From Auanema rhodensis (Eukaryota; Animalia; Nematoda), in the NCBI GenBank assembly GCA_964057225.1, contig OZ059900.1, positions 3,348,001 through 3,412,000 of the forward strand: a DNA stretch of 64,000 nucleotides. Direction: 5' to 3'. The notes under the pieces were generated by a model. The model had not been told where the DNA came from and ran no database searches. It saw only the letters and a list, made by a program, of their open reading frames with translations. Position 1 is the stretch's first letter; every line of letters starts with the position of its first letter. This document shows positions 13,501-25,300 of this stretch, in pieces. A program made the translations under genes and the position numbers.

Positions 13501-14794
13501 CATATATATGATCAAAAGCATAGTTTTTTTGTCTATGACAACAAAAGTCATTAATTAAACACTAATGATGTTTAAATCACTAAATTTCGCTCAAATAGCA
13601 TTACTACACTAAGTATGGTCGTTTTTATGCCTTTAACACCATATACTCACCGATTTTTGGTACAAAATCTGTAATACTCGTAAATTTTGATCATATTCGT
13701 TAAGATTTGAGAATCAAACACACAATACACAAAATCAGTCTATTTTTATGAGCTTGCACTGATATATATTCATTTTGATCAAAAAAGGTCGAAAATAGAA
13801 AGAATTTTTGAATTTTCCGAGTTTTGAGTCCAATTGGGCTAAATCGCTCATATATATGATCAAAAGCATAGTTTTTTTGTCTATGACAACAAAAGTCATT
13901 AATTGAACACTAATGATGTTTAAATCACTAAATTTCGCTCAAATAGCATTACTACACTAAGTATGGTCGTTTTTATGCCTTTAACACCATATACTCACCG
14001 ATTTTTGGTACAAAATCTGTAATACTCGTAAATTTTGATCATATTCGTTAAGATTTGAGAATCAAACACACAATACACAAAATCAGTCTATTTTTATGAG
14101 CTTGCACTGATATATATTCATTTTGATCAAAAAAGGTCGAAAATAGAAAGAATTTTTGAAATTTCCGAGTTTTGAGTCCAATTTGGCTGAATCGCTCATA
14201 TATATGATCAAAAGCATAGTTTTATTGTCTATAACAACAAAAGTCATCAATTAAACGCTAGTGATGTTTTAATACTGAATTTCGCTCAAATAGCATTAGT
14301 ACACTAAGTATGGTCGTTTTTATGCCTTTAACACCATATACTCACCGATTTTTGGTACAAAATCTGTAATACTTGTAAATTTTGATCATATTTGTTAAGA
14401 TTTGAGAATCAAACACACAATACACAAAATCAGTCTATTTTTATGAGTTTGCACTGATATATATTCATTTTGATCAAAAAAGGTCGAAAATAGAAAGAAT
14501 TTTGGAAATGTCCGAGTTTTGAGTCCAATTTGGCTAAATCGCTCATATATATGATCAAAAGCATAGTTTTATTGTCTATAACAACAAAAGTCATCAATTA
14601 AACGCTAGTGATGTTTAAATACTGAATTTCGCTCAAATAGCATTACTACACTAAGTATGGTCGTTTTTATGCCTTTAACACCATATACTCACCGATTTTT
14701 GGTACAAAATCTGTAATACTCGTAAATTTTGATCATATTCGTTAAGATTTGAGAATCAAACATACAATACACGAAATCAGTCTATTTTTATGAG
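1551..14794 (-). repeat. Inverted satellite block, copy 1 (13,244 bp = 38 monomers + 51 bp)
   Basis: Reads CTCACCGATTTTTGGTACAAAATC, the reverse complement of the monomer, from AAGATTTGAG (1551) to TTTTTATGAG (14794). Length check: 38x347 + 8 (348-bp types) - 1 (T deletion near 10508) + 51 = 13,244. Confidence 0.97.
5717..10430 (-). repeat. 5-mer higher-order repeat, 1,737-bp period, about 2.7 imperfect copies (also at about 23520-28233)
   Basis: The marker monomer TTTTGGAAATGTCCGAGTTTTGAGTCTA has its first diagnostic G at 6517, 8254 and 9991. Each is followed by a TTTGTACTGA monomer. Boundaries are approximate. Confidence 0.85.
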
Positions 14795-14800
14795 TGTTTG
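14763..14800. other. Inversion junction B (- to +), about 38-nt spacer, about 4-nt insertion TGTT; repeated at 32566-32603
   Basis: ...TTTTTATGAG-TGTT-TGTGTTTGATTCTC..., giving TGTTTG twice in tandem. Confidence 0.92.
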
Positions 14801-17800
14801 TGTTTGATTCTCAAATCTTAACAAATATGATCAAAATTTACAAGTATTACAGATTTTGTTCCAAAAATCGGTGAGTATATGGTGTTAAAGGCATAAAAAC
14901 GACCATACTTAGTGTAGTAATGTAGCATCACTAGCGTTTAATTGATGACTTTTGTTGTTATAGACAATAAAACTATGCTTTTGATCATATATATGAGCGA
15001 TTTAGCCAAATTGGACTCAAAACTCGGAAATTTCAAAAATTCTTTCTATTTTCGACCTTTTTTGATCAAAATGAATATATATCAGTGCAAGCTCATAAAA
15101 ATAGACTGATTTTGTGTATTGTGTGTTTGATCCTCAAATCTTAACGAATATGATCAAAATTTACGAGTATTACAGATTTTGTACCAAAAATCGGTGAGTA
15201 TATGGTGTTAAAGGCATAAAAACGACCATACTTAGTGTAGTAATGCTATTTGAGCGAAAATCAGTATTTAAACATCACTAGCGTTTAATTGATGACTTTT
15301 GTTGTCATAGACAATAAAACTATGCTTCTGATCATATATATGAGCGATTTAGCCAAATTAGACTCAAAACTCGGAAATTTCAAAAATTCTTTCTATTTTC
15401 GACCTTTTTTGATCAAAATGAATATATATCAGTGCAAGCTCATAAAAATAGACTGATTTCGTGTATTGTATGTTTGATTCTCAAATCTTAACGAATATGA
15501 TCAAAATTTACGAGTATTACAGATTTTGTACCAAAAATCGGTGAGTATATGATGTTAAAGGCATAAAAACGACCATACTTAGTGTAGTAATGCTATTTGA
15601 GCGAAATTCAGTATTTAAACATCACTAGCGTTTAATTGATGACTTTTGTTGTTATAGACAATAAAACTATGCTTTTGATCATATATATGAGCGATTTAGC
15701 CAAATTGGACTCAAAACTCGGACATTTCCAAAATTCTTTCTATTTTCGACCTTTTTTGATCAAAATGAATATATATCAGTGCAAACTCATAAAAATAGAC
15801 TGATTTTGTGTATTGTGTGTTTGATTCTCAAATCTTGACAAATATGATCAAAATTTACAAGTATTACAGATTTTGTACCAAAAATCGGTGAGTATATGGT
15901 GTTAAAGGCATAAAAACGACCATACTTAGTGTAGTAATGCTATTTGAGCGAAATTCAGTATTAAAACATCACTAGCGTTTAATTGATGACTTTTGTTGTT
16001 ATAGACAATAAAACTATGCTTTTGATCATATATATGAGCGATTCAGCCAAATTGGACTCAAAACTCGGAAATTTCAAAAATTCTTTCTATTTTCGACCTT
16101 TTTTGATCAAAATGAATATATATCAGTGCAAGCTCATAAAAATAGACTGATTTCGTGTATTGTGTGTTTGATTCTCAAATCTTAACGAATATGATCAAAA
16201 TTTACGAGTATTACAGATTTTGTACCAAAAATCGGTGAGTATATGGTGTTAAAGGCATAAAAACGACCATACTTAGTGTAGTAATGCTATTTGAGCGAAA
16301 TTCAGTATTTAAACATCACTAGCGTTTAATTGATGACTTTTGTTGTTATAGACAATAAAACTATGCTTTTGATCATATATATGAGCGATTTAGCCAAATT
16401 GGACTCAAAACTCGGACATTTCCAAAATTCTTTCTATTTTCGACCTTTTTTGATCAAAATGAATATATATCAGTGCAAGCTCATAAAAATAGACTGATTT
16501 CGTGTATTGTATGTTTGATTCCCAAATCTTAACGAATATGATCAAATTTTACGAGTATTACAGATTTTGTACCAAAAATCGGTGAGTATATGGTGTTAAA
16601 GGCATAAAAACGACCATACTTAGTGTAGTAATGCTATTTGAGCGAAATTCAGTATTAAAACATCACTAGCGTTTAATTGATGACTTTTGTTGTTATAGAC
16701 AATAAAACTATGCTTTTGATCATATATATGAGCGATTCAGCCAAATTGGACTCAAAACTCGGAAATTTCAAAAATTCTTTCTATTTTCGACCTTTTTTGA
16801 TCAAAATGAATATATATCAGTGCAAACTCATAAAAATAGACTGATTTTGTGTATTGTGTGTTTGATTCTCAAATCTTGACAAATATGATCAAAATTTACA
16901 AGTATTACAGATTTTGTACCAAAAATCGGTGAGTATATGGTGTTAAAGGCATAAAAACGACCATACTTAGTGTAGTAATGCTATTTGAGCGAAATTCAGT
17001 ATTAAAACATCACTAGCGTTTAATTGATGACTTTTGTTGTTATAGACAATAAAACTATGCTTTTGATCATATATATGAGCGATTCAGCCAAATTGGACTC
17101 AAAACTCGGAAATTTCAAAAATTCTTTCTATTTTCGACCTTTTTTGATCAAAATGAATATATATCAGTGCAAGCTCATTAAAATAGACTGATTTCGTGTA
17201 TTGTGTGTTTGATTCTCAAATCTTAACGAATATGATCAAAATTTACGAGTATTACAGATTTTGTACCAAAAATCGGTGAGTATATGGTGTTAAAGGCATA
17301 AAAACGACCATACTTAGTGTAGTAATGCTATTTGAGCGAAAATCAGTATTTAAACATCACTAGCGTTTAATTGATGACTTTTGTTGTTATAGACAATAAA
17401 ACTATGCTTTTGATCATATATATGAGCGATTTAGCCAAATTGGACTCAAAACTCGGACATTTCCAAAATTCTTTCTATTTTCGACCTTTTTTGATCAAAA
17501 TGAATATATATCAGTGCAAACTCATAAAAATAGACTGATTTTGTGTATTGTGTGTTTGATTCTCAAATCTAAACAAATATGATCAAAATTTACAAGTATT
17601 ACAGATTTTGTACCAAAAATCGGTGAGTATATGGTGTTAAAGGCATAAAAACGACCATACTTAGTGTAGTAATGCTATTTGAGCGAAATTTAGTGATTTA
17701 AACATCATTAGTGTTTAACTAATGACTTTTGTTGTCATAGACAATAAAACTATGCTTCTGATCATATATATGAGCGATTTAGCCAAATTAGACTCAAAAC

Positions 17801-19355
17801 TCGTAAATTTCAAAAATTCTTTCTATTTTCGACCTTTTTTGATCAAAATGAATATATATCAGTGCATGCTCATAAAAATAGACTGATTTTGTGTATTGTA
17901 TGTTTGATTCTCAAATCTTAACGAATATGATCAAAATTTACGAGTATTACAGATTTTGTACCAAAAATCGGTGAGTATATGGTGTTAAAGGCATAAAAAC
18001 GACCATACTTAGTGTAGTAATGCTATTTGAGCGAAATTCAGTATTTAAACATCACTAGCGTTTAATTAATGACTTTTGTTGTTGTAGACAATAAAACTAT
18101 GCTTTTGATCATATATATGAGCGATTTAGCCAAATTGGACTCAAAACTCGGAAATTTCAAAAATTCTTTCTATTTTCGACCTTTTTTGATCAAAATGAAT
18201 ATATATCAGTGCAAGCTCATAAAAATAGACTGATTTTGTGTATTGTGTGTTTGATTCTCAAATCTTAACAAATATGATCAAAATTTACGAGTATTACAGA
18301 TTTTGTACCAAAAATCGGTGAGTATATGGTGTTAAAGGCATAAAAACGACCATACTTAGTGTAGTAATGCTATTTGAGCGAAATTTAGTGATTTAAACAT
18401 CATTAGTGTTTAATTAATGACTTTTGTTGTCATAGACAATAAAACTATGCTTTTGATCATATATATGAGCGATTTAGCCAAATTGGACTCAAAACTCGGA
18501 AATTTCAAAAATTCTTTCTATTTTCGACCTTTTTTGATCAAAATGAATATATATCAGTGCAAGCTCATAAAAATAGACTGATTTTGTGTATTGTGTGTTT
18601 GATTCTCAAATCTTAACGAATATGATCAAAATTTACGAGTATTACAGATTTTGTAATAAAAATCGGTGAGTATATGGTGTTAAAGGCATAAAAACGACCA
18701 TACTTAGTGTAGTAATGCTATTTGAGCGAAAATCAGTATTTAAACATCACTAGCGTTTAATTGATGACTTTTGTTGTTATAGACAATAAAACTATGCTTT
18801 TGATCATATATATGAGCGATTTAGCCAAATTCGACTCAAAACTCGGACATTTCCAAAATTCTTTCTATTTTCGACCTTTTTTGATCAAAATGAATATATA
18901 TCAGTGCAAACTCATAAAAATAGACTGATTTTGTGTATTGTGTGTTTGATTCTCAAATCTTAACAAATATGATCAAAATTTACAAGTATTACAGATTTTG
19001 TACCAAAAATCGGTGAGTATATGGTGTTAAAGGCATAAAAACGACCATACTTAGTGTAGTAATGCTATTTGAGCGAAAATCAGTATTTAAACATCACTAG
19101 CGTTTAATTGATGACTTTTGTTGTTATAGACAATAAAACTATGCTTTTGATCATATATATGAGCGATTTAGCCAAATTCGACTCAAAACTCGGACATTTC
19201 CAAAATTCTTTCTATTTTCGACCTTTTTTGATCAAAATGAATATATATCAGTGCAAACTCATAAAAATAGACTGATTTTGTGTATTGTGTGTTTGATTCT
19301 CAAATCTTAACAAATATGATCAAAATTTACAAGTATTACAGATTTTGTACCAAAA
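14799..19355 (+). repeat. Forward satellite block between the two inverted blocks (about 13 monomers)
   Basis: Forward monomer resumes at TGTGTTTGATTCTC (14799) and ends at GTACCAAAA (19355). Confidence 0.96.
14915..14935 (+). other. Deletion-insertion scar: 27 nt of the monomer replaced by TAG (14923-14925); repeated at 32726-32728
   Basis: GTAGTAATG-TAG-CATCACTAGCG versus consensus GTAGTAATG-CTATTTGAGCGAAATTCAGTATTTAAA-CATCACTAGCG. Confidence 0.95.
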
Positions 19356-22300
19356 GATTTGAGAATCAAACATACAATACACAAAATCAGTCTATTTTTA
19401 TGAGCTTGCACTGATATATATTCATTTTGATCAAAAAAGGTCGAAAAAAGAAAGAATTTTTGAAATTTCCGAGTTTTGAGTCTAATTTGGCTAAATCGCT
19501 CATATATATGATCAGAAGCATAGTTTTATTGTCTATAACAACAAAAGTCATCAATTAAACGCTAGTGATGTTTTAATACTGATTTTCGCTCAAATAGCAT
19601 TACTACACTAAGTATGGTCGTTTTTATGCCTTTAACACCATATACTCACCGATTTTTGGTACAAAATCTGTAATACTCGTAAATTTTGATCATATTCGTT
19701 AAGATTTGAAAATCAAACACACAATAAACAAAATCAGTTTCTTTTTATGAGTTTGCACTGATATATATTCATTTTGATCAAAAAAGGTCGAAAATAGAAA
19801 GAATTTTTGAATTTTCCGAGTTTTGAGTCCAATTTGGCTAAATCGCTCATATATATGATCAAAAGCATAGTTTTATTGTCTATAACAACAAAAGTCATTA
19901 ATTGAACACTAATGATGTTTAAATCACTAAATTTCGCTCAAATAGCATTACTACACTAAGTATGGTCGTTTTTATGCCTTTTACACCATATACTCACCGA
20001 TTTTTGGTACAAAATCTGTAATACTCGTAAATTTTGATCATATTCGTTAAGATTTGAGAATCAAACACACAATACACAAAATCAGTCTATTTTTATGAGC
20101 TTGCACTGATATATATTCATTTTGATCAAAAAAGGTCGAAAAAAGAAAGAATTTTTGAAATTTCCGAGTTTTGAGTCCAATTTGGCTAAATCGCTCATAT
20201 ATATGATCAAGAGCATAGTTTTATTGTCTATAACAACAAAAGTCATCAATTAAACGCTAGTGATGTTTAAATACTGATTTTCGCTCAAATAGCATTACTA
20301 CACTAAGTATGGTCGTTTTTATGCCTTTAACACCATATACTCACCGATTTTTGGTACAAAATCTGTAATATTCGTAAATTTTGATCATATTCGTTAAGAT
20401 TTGAGAATCAAACATACAATACACAAAATCAGTCTATTTTTATGAGCTTGCACTGATATATATTCATTTTGATCAAAAAAGGTCGAAAAAAGAAAGAATT
20501 TTTGAAATTTCCGAGTTTTGAGTCCAATTTGGCTAAATCGCTCATATATATGATCAAGAGCATAGTTTTATTGTCTATAACAACAAAAGTCATCAATTAA
20601 ACGCTAGTGATGTTTTAATACTGAATTTCGCTCAAATAGCATTACTACACTAAGTATGGTCGTTTTTATGCCTTTAACACCATATACTCACCGATTTTTG
20701 GTACAAAATCTGTAATACTTGTAAATTTTGATCATATTTGTTAAGATTTGAGAATCAAACACACAAGACACAAAATCAGTCTATTTTTATGAGCTTGCAC
20801 TGATATATATTCATTTTGATCAAAAAAGGTCGAAAATAGAAAGAATTTTTGAAATTTCCGAGTTTTGAGTCCAATTTGGCTAAATCGCTCATATATATGA
20901 TCAAAAGCATAGTTTTATTGTCTATAACAACAAAAGTCATCAATTAAACGCTAGTGATGTTTAAATACTGAATTTCGCTCAAATAGCATTACTACACTAA
21001 GTATGGTCGTTTTTATGCCTTTAACACCATATACTCACCGATTTTTGGTACAAAATCTGTAATACTCGTAAATTTTGATCATATTCGTTAAGATTTGAGA
21101 ATCAAACACACAATACACAAAATAAGTCTATTTTTATGAGTTTGCACTGATATATATTCATTTTGATCAAAAAAGGTCGAAAATAGAAAGAATTTTTGAA
21201 ATTTCCGAGTTTTGAGTCCAATTTGGCTAAATCGCTCATATATATGATCAAAAGCATAGTTTTATTGTCTATAACAACAAAAGTCATCAATTAAACGCTA
21301 GTGATGTTTAAATACTGAATTTCGCTCAAATAGCATTACTACACTAAGTATGGTCGTTTTTATGCCTTTAACACCATATACTCACCGATTTTTGGTACAA
21401 AATCTGTAATACTCGTAAATTTTGATCATATTCGTTAAGATTTGAGAATCAAACATACAATACACGAAATCAGTCTATTGTTATGAGCTTGCACTGATAT
21501 ATATTCATTTTGATCAAAAAAGGTCGAAAATAGAAAGAATTTTTGAAATTTCCGAGTTTTGAGTCTAATTTGGCTAAATCGCTCATATATATGATCAGAA
21601 GCATAGTTTTATTGTCTATGACAACAAAAGTCATCAATTAAACGCTAGTGATGTTTAAATACTGATTTTCGCTCAAATAGCATTACTACACTAAGTATGG
21701 TCGTTTTTATGCCTTTAACACCATATACTCACCGATTTTTGGTACAAAATCTGTAATACTCGTAAATTTTGATCATATTCGTTAAGATTTGAGAATCAAA
21801 CACACAATACACAAAATCAGTCTATTTTTATGAGCTTGCACTGATATATATTCATTTTGATCAAAAAAGGTCGAAAAAAGAAAGAATTTTTGAAATTTCC
21901 GAGTTTTGAGTCCAATTTGGCTAAATCGCTCATATATATGATCAAAAGCATAGTTTTATTGTCTATAACAACAAAAGTCATCAATTAAACGCTAGTGATG
22001 TTTAAATACTGATTTTCGCTCAAATAGCATTACTACACTAAGTATGGTCGTTTTTATGCCTTTAACACCATATACTCACCGATTTTTGGTACAAAATCTG
22101 TAATACTTGTAAATTTTGATCATATTCGTTAAGATTTGAGAATCAAACATACAATACACGAAATCAGTCTATTTTTATGAGCTTGCACTGATATATATTC
22201 ATTTTGATCAAAAAAGGTCGAAAATAGAAAGAATTTTTGAAATGTCCGAGTTTTGAGTCTAATTTGGCTAAATCGCTCATATATATGATCAAAAGCATAG

Positions 22301-25300
22301 TTTTATTGTCTATAACAACAAAAGTCATCAATTAAACGCTAGTGATGTTTAAATACTGATTTTCGCTCAAATAGCATTACTACACTAAGTATGGTCGTTT
22401 TTATGCCTTTAACACCATATACTCACCGATTTTTGGTACAAAATCTGTAATACTCGTAAATTTTGATCATATTCGTTAAGATTTGAGAATCAAACACACA
22501 ATACACAAAATCAGTCTATTTTTATGAGCTTGCACTGATATATATTCATTTTGATCAAAAAAGGTCGAAAATAGAAAGAATTTTTGAAATTTCCGAGTTT
22601 TGAGTCCAATTTGGCTAAATCGCTCATATATATGATCAAAAGCATAGTTTTATTGTCTATAACAACAAAAGTCATCAATTAAACGCTAGTGATGTTTAAA
22701 TACTGAATTTCGCTCAAATAGCATTACTACACTAAGTATGGTCGTTTTTATGCCTTTAACACCATATACTCACCGATTTTTGGTACAAAATCTGTAATAC
22801 TTGTAAATTTTGATCATATTCGTTAAGATTTGAGAATCAAACATACAATACACGAAATCAGTCTATTTTTATGAGCTTGCACTGATATATATTCATTTTG
22901 ATCAAAAAAGGTCGAAAATAGAAAGAATTTTTGAAATGTCCGAGTTTTGAGTCTAATTTGGCTAAATCGCTCATATATATGATCAAAAGCATAGTTTTAT
23001 TGTCTATAACAACAAAAGTCATCAATTAAACGCTAGTGATGTTTAAATACTGATTTTCGCTCAAATAGCATTACTACACTAAGTATGGTCGTTTTTATGC
23101 CTTTAACACCATATACTCACCGATTTTTGGTACAAAATCTGTAATACTCGTAAATTTTGATCATATTCGTTAAGATTTGAGAATCAAACACACAATACAC
23201 AAAATCAGTCTATTTTTATGAGCTTGCACTGATATATATTCATTTTGATCGAAAAAGGTCGAAAATAGAAAGAATTTTTGAAATTTCCGAGTTTTGAGTC
23301 CAATTTGGCTAAATCGCTCATATATATGATCAAAAGCATAGTTTTAATGTCTATAACAACAAAAGTCATCAATTAAACGCTAGTGATGTTTAAATACTGA
23401 ATTTCGCTCAAATAGCATTACTACACTAAGTATGGTCGTTTTTATGCCTTTAACACCATATACTCACCGATTTTTGGTACAAAATCTGTAATACTCGTAA
23501 ATTTTGATCATATTCGTTAAGATTTGAGAATCAAACACACAATACACAAAATCAGTCTATTTTTATGAGCTTGCACTGATATATATTCATTTTGATCAAA
23601 AAAGGTCGAAAAAAGAAAGAATTTTTGAAATTTCCGAGTTTTGAGTCCAATTTGGCTAAATCGCTCATATATATGATCAAAAGCATAGTTTTATTGTCTA
23701 TAACAACAAAAGTCATCAATTAAACGCTAGTGATGTTTAAATACTGAATTTCGCTCAAATAGCATTACTACACTAAGTATGGTCGTTTTTATGCCTTTAA
23801 CACCATATACTCACCGATTTTTGGTACAAAATCTGTAATACTTGTAAATTTTGATCATATTTGTTAAGATTTGAGAATCAAACACACAATACACAAAATC
23901 AGTCTATTTTTATGAGCTTGCACTGATATATATTCATTTTGATCAAAAAAGGTCGAAAAAAGAAAGAATTTTTGAAATTTCCGAGTTTTGAGTCCAATTT
24001 GGCTAAATCGCTCATATATATGATCAAAAGCATAGTTTTATTGTCTATAACAACAAAAGTCATCAATTAAACGCTAGTGATGTTTAAATACTGAATTTCG
24101 CTCAAATAGCATTACTACACTAAGTATGGTCGTTTTTATGCCTTTAACACCATATACTCACCGATTTTTGGTACAAAATCTGTAATACTTGTAAATTTTG
24201 ATCATATTTGTTAAGATTTGAGAATCAAACATACAATACACAAAATCAGTCTATTTTTATGAGCTTGCACTGATATATATTCATTTTGATCAAAAAAGGT
24301 CGAAAATAGAAAGAATTTTGGAAATGTCCGAGTTTTGAGTCTAATTTGGCTAAATCGCTCATATATATGATCAAAAGCATAGTTTTATTGTCTATGACAA
24401 CAAAAGTCATCAATTAAACGCTAGTGATGTTTAAATACTGAATTTCGCTCAAATAGCATTACTACACTAAGTATGGTCGTTTTTATGCCTTTAACACCAT
24501 ATACTCACCGATTTTTGGTACAAAATCTGTAATACTTGTAAATTTTGATCATATTTGTTAAGATTTGAGAATCAAACACACAATACACAAAATCAGTCTA
24601 TTTTTATGAGTTTGTACTGATATATATTCATTTTGATCAAAAAAGGTCGAAAATAGAAAGAATTTTTGAAATGTCCGAGTTTTGAGTCCAATTTGGCTAA
24701 ATCGCTCATATATATGATCAAAAGCATAGTTTTATTGTCTATAACAACAAAAGTCATTAATTAAACACTAATGATGTTTAAATCACTAAATTTCGCTCAA
24801 ATAGCATTACTACACTAAGTATGGTCGTTTTTATGCCTTTAACACCATATACTCACCGATTTTTGGTACAAAATCTGTAATACTCGTAAATTTTGATCAT
24901 ATTTGTTAAGATTTGAAAATCAAACACACAATAAACAAAATCAGTCTATTTTTATGAGTTTGCACTGATATATATTCATTTTGATCAAAAAAGGTCGAAA
25001 ATAGAAAGAATTTTTGAATTTTCCGAGTTTTGAGTCCAATTGGGCTAAATCGCTCATATATATGATCAAAAGCATAGTTTTATTGTCTATAACAACAAAA
25101 GTCATTAATTAAACACTAATGATGTTTAAATCACTAAATTTCGCTCAAATAGCATTACTACACTAAGTATGGTCGTTTTTATGCCTTTAACACCATATAC
25201 TCACCGATTTTTGGTACAAAATCTGTAATACTCGTAAATTTTGATCATATTCGTTAAGATTTGAGAATCAAACACACAATACACAAAATCAGTCTATTTT

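Noticed and set aside
1551-14794. Site-specific invertible element or transposon bounded by the junctions
   Set aside because: No recombinase or transposase, no dedicated terminal repeats and no target-site duplication. The junctions are non-reciprocal and carry repair scars.
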